NCBI GenBank assembly: GCA_037137535.1
Contig: JBAXKC010000048.1
Coordinates: 1-17,044, forward strand
Direction of reading: 5' to 3'
Source: a bacterium
GTDB lineage: Bacteria; Cyanobacteriota; Vampirovibrionia; Gastranaerophilales; JBAXKC01
DNA length: 17,044 nucleotides
Every line of letters starts with the position of its first letter. Within the stretch, counting starts at the first letter, position 1. The notes beneath the pieces are model-generated. The model did no database searches and was not told the DNA's origin. It was given only the letters and a program-made list of their open reading frames with translations. Positions 1 through 8,906 of the stretch are shown one piece after another. The position numbers and the translations under genes are program-made.

Positions 1-115
1 TTATAGACTCTATTTTACTGATTTTGTTTCATTTTTAACCAAACAGCTTCTTACACTTAGAATTATTAAAATATTTATTTTCTTATTAAAACTTAGTAAT
101 TACTTAAAAAAAAGT

Positions 116-1348
116 TTATTTAATATGTTCAAATATTTTAAACATTGGGAGGTACATCCCTACAATAACAGCTCCGACCATACCACCTAAAAAAATCATC
201 ATTATTGGTTCTAGCATAGAAGTAAGTCCTGCTACAGCTGCTTCAACTTCCTGGTCGTAAAAGTCTGCTATTTTTTCCATCATTGCATCAAGTTCTCCGG
301 TTTCTTCACCTACAGAAATCATTGATACTACCATAGGAGGAAAGGCTTTCGAGCTTTCTAACTGAGTTGAAATCAACCCGCCCTGTTTTACTTCTTCATT
401 TACGCTTCTTATAATTGAGGCTATGTAAGTGTTGCCTGATGCTTCTTCCACAATATCTAAGGAGTATAGGATTGGAACACCGCTTTTTATTAGAGTTCCC
501 AGCGTTCTTGTAAATCTTGCTACTGCAAGTTTTCTTAAAAGTGGACCTAAAATAGGAACATTTAATATGAATTTATCAAAATTAAATCGAATTTTAGGTA
601 TGGAATAAAGTTTTTTTAATCCAAAAACAGTACAGCCTATAAAAACTATTAAAATAAATGATGCCGGTGATCTTAAAAAGTTGCTTATATTTATTAAAAA
701 TTGTGTGTAAGCTGGCAAGTCACTTCCCAGTTTTTGGAAAATACCTGCGAATTGTGGTAATACGAGTGTTAACATTACATAAAATATTATCATCGCAAAA
801 ATAGATACAACTGTCGGATATGCTAAAGCTGATTTTACTTTGTCGCTTAATCTTGCTCTATCTTCCATAAATTTTGCTATTCTGTTTAAAACATCATCAA
901 GAACACCGCCTGTTTCGCCTGCTCTGATCATACTGACAAACAGCGTATCAAATGTTTTTGGATGTTTAGCAAAAGAATCGGATAAGTTTATGCCTTGTTC
1001 TACATCGGATTTTACTTCATTTAGTATTTTTACAAGCATGGGATTTTCTGCTTGAGCTGCCATAATCGTTAAAGAACGCATCATTGCAACTCCTGAATTT
1101 ACCAGAGCAGAATATTGACGGCAAAAGACAACAAGATCTTTTAATCCTACTCCTGAAAGCCCACCTAAAATTCCATCAAGTTCAAAATCAAGAACAGTTT
1201 TTTTCTTTTCTTTATTTTCACTTATTTCAATAACCCAAAGACCTTTATCCACCAATAAAGAAACAGCTGTTTTTTCATTATCGGCAAGGATATTATTCTG
1301 GACTAAATTTCCCTTTTTATCTCTGGCTTTGTATTGAAATTGGGGCAT
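116..1348 (-). CDS. pilC: Type IV pilus inner-membrane platform protein PilC (GspF family)
   Basis: 410 aa. N-terminus MPQFQYKARD. Two GspF repeats (IRAGETGGVLDDVLNRIA; ISVGEETGELDAMMEKIADFY). C-terminal LEP...MYLPMF. GGAG SD upstream of the ATG. Directly downstream of pilB-pilT. Confidence 0.96.
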   Translation of the reverse strand: MPQFQYKARDKKGNLVQNNILADNEKTAVSLLVDKGLWVIEISENKEKKKTVLDFELDGILGGLSGVGLKDLVVFCRQYSALVNSGVAMMRSLTIMAAQAENPMLVKILNEVKSDVEQGINLSDSFAKHPKTFDTLFVSMIRAGETGGVLDDVLNRIAKFMEDRARLSDKVKSALAYPTVVSIFAMIIFYVMLTLVLPQFAGIFQKLGSDLPAYTQFLINISNFLRSPASFILIVFIGCTVFGLKKLYSIPKIRFNFDKFILNVPILGPLLRKLAVARFTRTLGTLIKSGVPILYSLDIVEEASGNTYIASIIRSVNEEVKQGGLISTQLESSKAFPPMVVSMISVGEETGELDAMMEKIADFYDQEVEAAVAGLTSMLEPIMMIFLGGMVGAVIVGMYLPMFKIFEHIK

Positions 1349-1421
1349 TAGTTTTCTCCAATAATATAGACCTGTTATTATTTAAACAAATTAAATGAAA
1401 AAGTAGAACATTTTATTTAAT

Positions 1422-2504
1422 TTATCTTACTCCGCTGGCTGCATCAAGCATTCTTTTCAGATCATCAGGACGACTTGATTTCATCATTGCATCATCGTAG
1501 GAGATTAATTTCTTCGCATATAAATCTCTTAGAGTTGTCTCAAGAGTCTGCATTTTCATTGCCCCACCTGTTTGTATTGCGGAATATATTTGAGCTGTTT
1601 TACCTTCTCTTATTAAGTTTGCAATAGCTGGAGTAACAATCATGATTTCCTGTGCAAGAACTCTTCCTTTTTTCTGACCGTCAGGACCTAATTTGGGAAT
1701 GAGAGTTTGTGAAAATACAGCTACTAAACTGTTTGATAATTGAATTCTTATTTGTTGTTGTTGTTCAGCAGGGAATACGTCTACAATTCTGTCTACTGTT
1801 TGACTTGCTGAAGAGGTGTGAAGAGTTCCCATTACAAGGTGACCTGTTTCTGCTGCTGTTAAGGCTAAGGAAACGGTTTCCAAGTCTCTTAACTCACCTA
1901 CAAGAATAATATCAGGATCTTCTCTTAATGCGGCTCTTAAAGCATTACTGAAACTTCTTGTATCTTGTCCTAATTCTCTTTGGTGAACTATGCTTCGTTT
2001 AGAACTATGTATAAATTCACAAGGGTCTTCAATTGTTAATATGTGTTCTGAGCGAGTAGCATTTATATGGTCAATCATTGATGCAAGAGTTGTTGATTTA
2101 CCGCTTCCTGTCGGACCTGTAACAAGAATTAGACCTCTTGGTTTTTCTGCAATTTCTCTAACAACAGAGGGAAGTCCTAAATCATCAAATGCAGGAATAT
2201 CAGTGGTAATTGCTCTGAATGCCGCAGCATAGTTACCTTTTTCTTTATAAACATTTACCCTGAAACGGCCAAGTCCATATACGCCATAACTGCAATCAAG
2301 TTCCCAATTTTGTTCCAGATTTCTTCTTTGCTCGTTATTTAACATGCCAAAAATTAGTCTCTGTACATCTTCTTTGGTAAGTGGCGGATGATCTGTTCTT
2401 AATAATTTACCATCAACCCTTATGACAGGCGGTAAGCCTGTTGATATATGTAAGTCGCTTCCATTTTTTTGAAAAACAAGTTGTAGTAAATCTTCTAGTA
2501 TCAT
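1422..2504 (-). CDS. pilT: Type IV pilus retraction ATPase PilT
   Basis: 360 aa. GSDLHI motif, RFRVNVY, Walker A GPTGSGKST, LREDPDIILVGE Walker B, GTLHT His box and AIANLIRE (AIRNLIRE-type PilT motif). Start overlaps the pilB stop (TAATG at 2502-2506). Confidence 0.97.
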   Translation of the reverse strand: MILEDLLQLVFQKNGSDLHISTGLPPVIRVDGKLLRTDHPPLTKEDVQRLIFGMLNNEQRRNLEQNWELDCSYGVYGLGRFRVNVYKEKGNYAAAFRAITTDIPAFDDLGLPSVVREIAEKPRGLILVTGPTGSGKSTTLASMIDHINATRSEHILTIEDPCEFIHSSKRSIVHQRELGQDTRSFSNALRAALREDPDIILVGELRDLETVSLALTAAETGHLVMGTLHTSSASQTVDRIVDVFPAEQQQQIRIQLSNSLVAVFSQTLIPKLGPDGQKKGRVLAQEIMIVTPAIANLIREGKTAQIYSAIQTGGAMKMQTLETTLRDLYAKKLISYDDAMMKSSRPDDLKRMLDAASGVR

Positions 2505-4534
2505 TATTCAGAGGTCTCCATATCAAGATTATTTTTAAAACCAAACTCTTTTAGCGAATTAAAACACCAAGGGCATTGTGTCATATCTAATGATATTCCA
2601 CCATTACAATAATTACAATGACTTTCTGTAGATTTGTCCGAGAGTTTAAATCCACATTTTGCACATGATATCCAGCCATCTTCTATCAATACATCACATC
2701 TCGGGCAAGTTTTCTTCAGCTCAAACTGACAAAACGGACATTGATGAAATTCTTCTCCAACAGGTTTTCCACAGGATGGACAAGCTGAATTCACACCATC
2801 TGAAGTAAAGGTTACCCGTATTACTTCATCGAGCGTTGTATAGCCTTCTTTTGCCAGTTCTAAACTGTATTCTAAAAGTGTTCTCATTCCGTGTTGTTGT
2901 GCTGCAAATCTTATTACTGCACTATTAGCACCTCTTGAAATTAAATCTTTAATGTGATCATTGATTTTCATTACTTCATAAGCACCAACTCTGCCTTTAT
3001 ATCCGCTTCCACTACATTTATCACAGCCTTTACCCTTATAATAAGTTTTGTTTCCGATTTTATCTATGCCTAAGTATTTTAATAAACTGTTTTCAGCTTC
3101 ATAGGCTTCTTTACAATTGCCACAAACTCTTCTTAACAGTCTTTGGGCAATTACTCCTATCATAGAGCTGGAAATAAGAAATGGTTCTACATCCATTTCC
3201 CTTAATCTCATTATGGAACTCGGGGCATCATTTGTGTGAAGTGTGGTAAATACGAGGTGTCCCGTTAAAGCTGCTTCAATAGCTATTTTAGCAGTTTCTT
3301 TATCTCTAGTTTCGCCAACTAGCATTATATCAGGATCTTGACGAAGAAAGGCTTTTAAGATTTTTGCAAAGTCAAGGCCGATTGTTTTATTGACTTCAGA
3401 TTGTGTTATGCCATTAAGGTCGTATTCTATCGGATCTTCCGCTGTTGAAATATTTACATCTACCGTATTTCTTTCACTTAATGCGCTATATAGAGTTGTC
3501 GTTTTTCCGCTTCCTGTCGGGCCTGTTACAAAAACAATTCCGTATGGTCTTTCTATCATTTCTCTTACGAGTTTTAGTGTATCCGCATTTGTTATAATTT
3601 TATCTAAACCTAATGAAATATTAGATTTATCAAGAATCCTCATAACAATTTTTTCTCCGAATTTACTCGGTAAAGTAGACACACGAAAATCTATAAATTT
3701 ATTTGAGGATTTAACACGAATTCTCCCGTCTTGAGGAATGCGTTTTTCTGCTATATCAAGCTCTGACATAATTTTATATCGAGAAATCAGTGCATTCTGA
3801 ATTTTTTTCGGTAAGCTCTTATATATTGTTAAAACACCGTCTAGGCGATATCTTACAATTAACTCTTTTTCTCTGGGTTCTATGTGTATATCACTTACAC
3901 CTTTTTTAATAGCAATTCCGAGAATACTGTTAGCAATTTGAATTATAGGTGCATCTTGACCTGAATCACTTAAATCTGCAACATCAAAATTATCTTCTTT
4001 GCCTTCAATAAGATCAATTCCCATTGAAGAAATAAGTTCATCAGCATCTTGTAATACTTCATCTGTATTTTCATCTTTTTTGGGAAAAACTGCTTCGGTA
4101 AATTTTATAAAGTCATCTAATAAAATTACATTTTTTTTGATTTTAACGTCTTTAAAATCTTTAAGTCTGTATTTTATTTCTCTTTCAGCATTTATATTAT
4201 CGGGTTCTACCATTGCAAAAGTAAAAAGATATCCACTTCTGCTTATAGGTATAATTTTATGATTAATTATAGTTTCTACGGGAAAAATACTTAAAAGCTC
4301 ATGATTTGGTTCAAATTGTTGCAAATTAAAGAAGCTTACCCCAAAATGAAGCTCTAAAGTTGCTTTAAGATTAATAAAGAACTCTTCTTTTTCAGCAAAC
4401 CCTTTTTCGCTGACAATATCTATAATATGCTTGGACGTTATTGATTTTTCTTTATAGACTGAATTCAGCTCATCTTCTGTTAAAATTTGAGCATCTAAAA
4501 TTAGTTCGTATAGCATGTCTTTTTGAGTAGACAT
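2504..4534 (-). CDS. pilB: Type IV pilus assembly ATPase PilB (GspE/PulE family) with a C-terminal multi-zinc-ribbon extension
   Basis: 676 aa. SDIHIEP, EKRIPQDGR, Walker A GPTGSGKTT, EDPIEY, LRQDPDIMLVGE, TLHTND and the tetracysteine loop CGNC...CDKC. Six extra CxxC motifs at aa ~585-657. Confidence 0.95.
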   Translation of the reverse strand: MSTQKDMLYELILDAQILTEDELNSVYKEKSITSKHIIDIVSEKGFAEKEEFFINLKATLELHFGVSFFNLQQFEPNHELLSIFPVETIINHKIIPISRSGYLFTFAMVEPDNINAEREIKYRLKDFKDVKIKKNVILLDDFIKFTEAVFPKKDENTDEVLQDADELISSMGIDLIEGKEDNFDVADLSDSGQDAPIIQIANSILGIAIKKGVSDIHIEPREKELIVRYRLDGVLTIYKSLPKKIQNALISRYKIMSELDIAEKRIPQDGRIRVKSSNKFIDFRVSTLPSKFGEKIVMRILDKSNISLGLDKIITNADTLKLVREMIERPYGIVFVTGPTGSGKTTTLYSALSERNTVDVNISTAEDPIEYDLNGITQSEVNKTIGLDFAKILKAFLRQDPDIMLVGETRDKETAKIAIEAALTGHLVFTTLHTNDAPSSIMRLREMDVEPFLISSSMIGVIAQRLLRRVCGNCKEAYEAENSLLKYLGIDKIGNKTYYKGKGCDKCSGSGYKGRVGAYEVMKINDHIKDLISRGANSAVIRFAAQQHGMRTLLEYSLELAKEGYTTLDEVIRVTFTSDGVNSACPSCGKPVGEEFHQCPFCQFELKKTCPRCDVLIEDGWISCAKCGFKLSDKSTESHCNYCNGGISLDMTQCPWCFNSLKEFGFKNNLDMETSE

Positions 4535-6358
4535 TTAGATTCCCTTATCCAAAACTACCAAAACATTTTTAATTGTATTTTCAAAAGTCATAAGAGAAGT
4601 TCCCTCTATTATAAAAATAGCTAGTTTATCTTCAATCTTTTTTATAACTAATGATTTACTTTTCTCAAAAATAATAACTGATTCAAGCGGCTGAGTTTGT
4701 ATGTTAATAACAAATATCGCTAAATTATCAAAAATAGAAGATGAGATGGAAGCTATTTTCTTTAATTCTTCGTCCTTTTCTTCGTTATTTTCATTAGTAT
4801 CTACAAATAATGCAGCCATTACTTCGTCATTAATAAGTAATGATTCTATTTCTATATTCTCTAAACTTTTTGCCTTCAGTATTTCAGAAATTTCAGAAGT
4901 TTTAAAGTTATTGTTATCAGCTATTTCAAGAGCATAAATTTTATCCTTTGATAAATTTAATAATATTGATGATGTTGTAGTATTAAAAATTATATTATCA
5001 ATACTATTAAATGCCAGTTGTGATACATAATTCTGCACAGTCATAAAGGCATGTGCCGCTACTGCACCAATAGTTTGTTCAAGGTGTAAGTTTCCTATAT
5101 TGCTTTTTAAAATAAACCCGCTCTTATCAATTAAAGAAACTGTTGTTACCTTTGAGCAAATTTCTTTGATTTTAGAGAAAATCTCGTTAGATTGGTTACC
5201 TGCTTCTACAGAAACTATATTTGTCCTGAAATTACCGGCATGTCCAATGGATCCAAGTTCAATAAGGTTTTCAATATCTCGTTCATTTACTATTAATTTT
5301 CCGATAGAGGTTATTTTACCTTCTTTTTCTTCTTTTCTATCGCTTAGATTGTTTGCCAGTCTTATATTTTCAGGTATAAACTGAAATGGAGCTGACTCTT
5401 TCACTTCATCTATGCCAAATTTTATTTGTTTTTTTACTGATAATTTATCATCTTCCATTTTGATTTCGGGTAAATCACCAAGATTTCCTTCAAACATTGA
5501 GTTAATATCTTCATTAATTATAGGTTTAATTGTTTCTTCTTCTGTTTTCTCTTGATAGTCCCATTCAGAAGTAAATATGTCTTCATTGAGAGGTGTTCCT
5601 GAAAGAGTAGGGATTGTAGCGTTTGTTGGCTCTGTTGTTTGAGCCTTTGTATCACTCAGTTCATAGTGTTCTTCAAAGAAATTATTCAGTTCTTCTTCTT
5701 TTTCGGGGTTTTCTTCTTTTTGTTTCATCGCAGAAGTTATTTCTTCTAAACCTACAGGCATTCCTAAATCAGGTCTATTTAAACCATCCGGTTTTTTAGC
5801 TATAAGTTCAGAACTTTTTATAATTTCTTCTTTAGGCTCTTCTTTAATTATAGAATCATTAATATCAAGTTGAGGTTGTATTTCTTCTTCGATTATTTCT
5901 GATTCAATTTCAATCTTATTGGTTGTTTCTGTTTCTTCTATTATAAGGGTTTGAGCTGGTTTATTGCTTTTTGTATTAATGGTTATGTTGTCTTTTACCA
6001 GTTCAGCCGTAATACATCCCGCTAAAACAGAGAATGCAAAGGTTGCGTAGTTTAATTTGAAGTCTATTGAATTAATAAGCCCTATGGCTTCTAATTTTAA
6101 TAAGGCACTGAGTATATTGGCTGTAAATAACATGAATCCTGAAACGATAAATCCTAATAATGAAAATAGGATGATTTCAAGGGTAGTTTTTTTTGAGTAT
6201 CTTATAAAATTTATTATGCAAAAAAGACTGATGTAGCCAACTATAATAACAGGTAGAGGTGTAATAATGTTGAAAGGACAAATTTTATCTATAAATATTG
6301 ATAGAATTCCCATTATTATACTGGATGAAAAAATTATTATCAGTTTTTTATTATTCAT
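4535..6358 (-). CDS. Membrane protein: ~4 N-terminal TM helices, acidic linker, C-terminal Roadblock/LC7 (MglB-like) domain plus a probable degenerate second copy
   Basis: 607 aa. Four hydrophobic stretches in aa 1-120, then an E/D/P-rich linker. aa ~392-480 read VTTVSLIDKSGFILKS...EQTIGAVAAHAFMTVQNYVSQL...IDNIIF, a Roadblock pattern. aa ~503-607 show a similar pattern (VMAALFVD...IASISSSIFDNL...LESVII). The stop TAA abuts the pilB ATG. Confidence 0.72.
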   Translation of the reverse strand: MNNKKLIIIFSSSIIMGILSIFIDKICPFNIITPLPVIIVGYISLFCIINFIRYSKKTTLEIILFSLLGFIVSGFMLFTANILSALLKLEAIGLINSIDFKLNYATFAFSVLAGCITAELVKDNITINTKSNKPAQTLIIEETETTNKIEIESEIIEEEIQPQLDINDSIIKEEPKEEIIKSSELIAKKPDGLNRPDLGMPVGLEEITSAMKQKEENPEKEEELNNFFEEHYELSDTKAQTTEPTNATIPTLSGTPLNEDIFTSEWDYQEKTEEETIKPIINEDINSMFEGNLGDLPEIKMEDDKLSVKKQIKFGIDEVKESAPFQFIPENIRLANNLSDRKEEKEGKITSIGKLIVNERDIENLIELGSIGHAGNFRTNIVSVEAGNQSNEIFSKIKEICSKVTTVSLIDKSGFILKSNIGNLHLEQTIGAVAAHAFMTVQNYVSQLAFNSIDNIIFNTTTSSILLNLSKDKIYALEIADNNNFKTSEISEILKAKSLENIEIESLLINDEVMAALFVDTNENNEEKDEELKKIASISSSIFDNLAIFVINIQTQPLESVIIFEKSKSLVIKKIEDKLAIFIIEGTSLMTFENTIKNVLVVLDKGI

Positions 6359-6401
6359 GTTAAAAAGCCTAACTGGTTAAAAATAAAGGTGCTTAGGCAA
6401 T

Positions 6402-6430
6402 ATGATACTAGATTTTATATTGTTTGGCAA
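6402..6430 (-). promoter_or_regulatory. Putative sigma70-type promoter for the Roadblock gene-pilB-pilT-pilC unit
   Basis: Minus strand TTGCCA (6430-6425), 17 nt spacer, TATCAT (6407-6402), about 43 nt upstream of the ATG at 6358. Confidence 0.45.
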
Positions 6431-6464
6431 ACTGCATAAGTATTAGTTGCTTTATTTTAAAGGC

Positions 6465-8276
6465 TTACAGTCTGCTATTTTCTTTTAAAACTTCTAGTAT
6501 TGATATTTTTGCAATTTTATTCAGATATATTTTTAAAGTTTGTGTCTCATTTATATTTGCGAAAAGATTTTGACTTTTTTCAATAATTTTATAGACAAAC
6601 TCTTCTAATAAGTCTTCATTTTTAGAAAATCTCGGATTACTTCTTACTATTTCTTCAAGAATATCAATATGCTCGTCAGTTAGGTTTAATTCACTTATTA
6701 TATTTTGAAGCTTTGTTATATCTGCTTTATCCTCAACGATGGTTGAAGATTCTGTTTCATAATAAGTAGTTTCAGGCTCTTGTATGCTCTTTGAAGAAGT
6801 TGTAAAACTTTCAGAGTAGCTTGTTGTAACAATTTCTCTGAATTCAGTATTTTCTTTCGGTATAAAGTTTTCGTTATGATTAACTTCGTAAAAATTAAAG
6901 TTATTTGATTGTTGTTTAGGTTCAGCTTCGATGGCATTGTAATTGTTCTCAGAACTATAGTTATCAAAAGAGTCTTGAAGTCTTTCAATCAGAGCATGAT
7001 TTTCTTCCAGATTAAAGGATTTAACTGGATCAATCGGTTTTTCGGCAACAGTACAAGCTGTTTTATTACAGATAACTGTTTTTGACTGATTAAGTCTTGA
7101 CAGAATTTGCTCGGAGGTTTGTTTCCTCTCCTCAATAACGGCTTGCTGTTTTTTATTTGTATTTTCTTGTTCTTTTTTTAATTTATTTAGTAATAATTTT
7201 AGTAATACTATTATTGTTATTAATGCAACAGCTATTCCAGCAAGTAGTGATATTAGAGGATTTTGATTACTGCTTTCAGGTTTTTGATTTTCAGTTTTTA
7301 CTTGAGTTTGATCAAAATTAATAACATTTTTAGTGGGATTTGGCTCAACATTTTCAACAGGAGGTGTTTGTATGTTTTGTTGTGATAATAAATTATCCGC
7401 TTTATTAACAGTTCCTGTATCATTAACTGTTACAGCAGTAGATTTAGTAGCTTCTGCTAAAGTTGGTTTTTCAACAATAGGTTGAGGTGCTATTTTTTTA
7501 ACAGCTTCATTAGGGGTTATTTTTTTTGTTGTTGCTATTAACGATTTATCATTAGTTTTTATTATGTCTTTTGCTACTACTGCTTTAGGTTCAATGGTTG
7601 CTTTTTTAGTTGATTTTATAAGAGGAATTGTTGTTGTAGTAAGTATTAATTTATTGTCTTTTTTTGTTGCAATAACAGATTTTATTGGCTGTTTAAGTGA
7701 CGTATCTATTGTTTTTACAGGTATTATTACTTTAGTCGGTTTAACTGCCTGTGCTATTTTTATCTTTGTTTGTTTAGTCGATACCTGTTTTTTTGTTATA
7801 GCGTTTGATTTTTTATTTGCAATTTGTGACAGGTCTCTATCAATAGTATTATTTTGTGGTGCAACTTTATTATTAACATAGAAATTCATATTATCATTTG
7901 TAGTTTTGATAATAATTTTAGTATATCCGTTGTTTGCGTTTGCTCCTATATAAGGAATAAGTTTGACATCAACATCTTTAACTGATCCATCATTTGACAC
8001 AACTGTCGGCTTTGTTGTAATTGAATGATAAGTTTCAGGTAAGAATATTACATATTCATTATTCTGCATATGTTTAGGATCGAGTTTTATTTTATAAGGT
8101 TTTGAAGAGTATAAAGTAATATTTACTTCTTTATCAACGGGTCTATTTTCAATATTTACTTTTAAAAGTTGATTAGAATATTGGTTTTCTATCGCAAGAG
8201 CTGCGTAGAAATTGAAAGATGACATCATGCTTCCAAGTATAAATATTCTAAATAATTTTTGCTTGTTAAAACCCAT
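6465..8276 (-). CDS. Single-pass membrane protein: signal peptide, AMIN-like periplasmic domain, K/T/P-rich linker, TM helix, acidic cytoplasmic region, C-terminal sigma2-like domain
   Basis: 603 aa. Signal peptide probably ends ...YAALA|IEN. beta-rich aa ~35-127 (LLKVNI...VNITLY...YVIFLPET...VKDVDV...TKIIIKT) resembles AMIN. TM PLISLLAGIAVALITIIVLL (aa ~340-360) is followed by KLLLNKLKK. aa 530-603 align without gaps to aa 1-74 of the neighbouring sigma factor. Confidence 0.75.
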   Translation of the reverse strand: MGFNKQKLFRIFILGSMMSSFNFYAALAIENQYSNQLLKVNIENRPVDKEVNITLYSSKPYKIKLDPKHMQNNEYVIFLPETYHSITTKPTVVSNDGSVKDVDVKLIPYIGANANNGYTKIIIKTTNDNMNFYVNNKVAPQNNTIDRDLSQIANKKSNAITKKQVSTKQTKIKIAQAVKPTKVIIPVKTIDTSLKQPIKSVIATKKDNKLILTTTTIPLIKSTKKATIEPKAVVAKDIIKTNDKSLIATTKKITPNEAVKKIAPQPIVEKPTLAEATKSTAVTVNDTGTVNKADNLLSQQNIQTPPVENVEPNPTKNVINFDQTQVKTENQKPESSNQNPLISLLAGIAVALITIIVLLKLLLNKLKKEQENTNKKQQAVIEERKQTSEQILSRLNQSKTVICNKTACTVAEKPIDPVKSFNLEENHALIERLQDSFDNYSSENNYNAIEAEPKQQSNNFNFYEVNHNENFIPKENTEFREIVTTSYSESFTTSSKSIQEPETTYYETESSTIVEDKADITKLQNIISELNLTDEHIDILEEIVRSNPRFSKNEDLLEEFVYKIIEKSQNLFANINETQTLKIYLNKIAKISILEVLKENSRL

Positions 8277-8294
8277 TTTTTAATACTCGATTAT

Positions 8295-8873
8295 TTACTT
8301 AATTCCAATATCTTTTAATATTACAAAAACTTTTTTCGCCAGTTCTGTAAGTCTTTTACTTACCTCACTTTGAGAAATTCCAACTTCTTCGGAAATTTGA
8401 AATTGAGTCATTCCTTGGTGGTAACGTAGGTTGAATAATTTTTGATATTCTTTTTCAGGATATTTTTCACTTACAAGAATAACACAATTTTTTATGTGTT
8501 TAATTTCTTCTTTATCAATAATATTTTCTTCTACATTAATTGCAGGATCTTCAATATCAAGAATAAGATCACCTTGATCATCTTTAAGATAAGGTGTTTC
8601 TCTATTTAATGAAACTTCAAGCCTTTTATGGTAGCCATCACGAGTTCTGGTCAGTCTTCCCGAAGATTTCAGCACTTCAAGTATGGCAGAACTTGCAATT
8701 TTATTTATGTATAAGTCAACATTAGCTTTATTATGTAATGAGGACATTACACTATAAGAGCGTTTAAAAGTTTCACTGCAAAAATCTTCAACAAGATCTT
8801 CGTTTCCACTAAATCTTGGGTTTTTTCTGATTATATTTTCGATTAAATAGCGATATTCTTGTGTTAATTCCAC
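8295..8873 (-). CDS. Small sigma-70 family (ECF-sized) RNA polymerase sigma factor
   Basis: 192 aa, GTG start. sigma2-like NEDLVEDFCSETF and YINKIASSAILEVLK. Linker ...SLN...ILDIEDP. sigma4 HTH YQKLFNLRYHQGMTQFQISEEVGISQSEVSKRL. Confidence 0.85.
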   Translation of the reverse strand: MELTQEYRYLIENIIRKNPRFSGNEDLVEDFCSETFKRSYSVMSSLHNKANVDLYINKIASSAILEVLKSSGRLTRTRDGYHKRLEVSLNRETPYLKDDQGDLILDIEDPAINVEENIIDKEEIKHIKNCVILVSEKYPEKEYQKLFNLRYHQGMTQFQISEEVGISQSEVSKRLTELAKKVFVILKDIGIK

Positions 8874-8906
8874 TCTTCTCGTCCACCAAAAGAAAAACTA
8901 CTTGTG

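Noticed and set aside
55-110. Imperfect direct repeat ACTTAG(T)AATTA and palindrome AGTAATTACT downstream of pilC
   Set aside because: Short and extremely AT-rich, with no GC stem for an intrinsic terminator; consistent with chance.
840-5384. Short plus-strand ORFs (840-1055, 1709-1909, 1990-2232, 3390-3734, 3999-4262, 4701-4937, 5100-5384)
   Set aside because: Antisense shadows of well-supported minus-strand genes with no recognisable motifs. The similarity between 1990-2232 and 3390-3734 only mirrors the Walker A motifs of pilT and pilB.
6468-8873. Sigma2 copy as an assembly artefact or pseudogene fragment
   Set aside because: The DNA is diverged at synonymous sites while residues are conserved, and the copy is in frame with the 603-aa ORF and ends at a clean stop.
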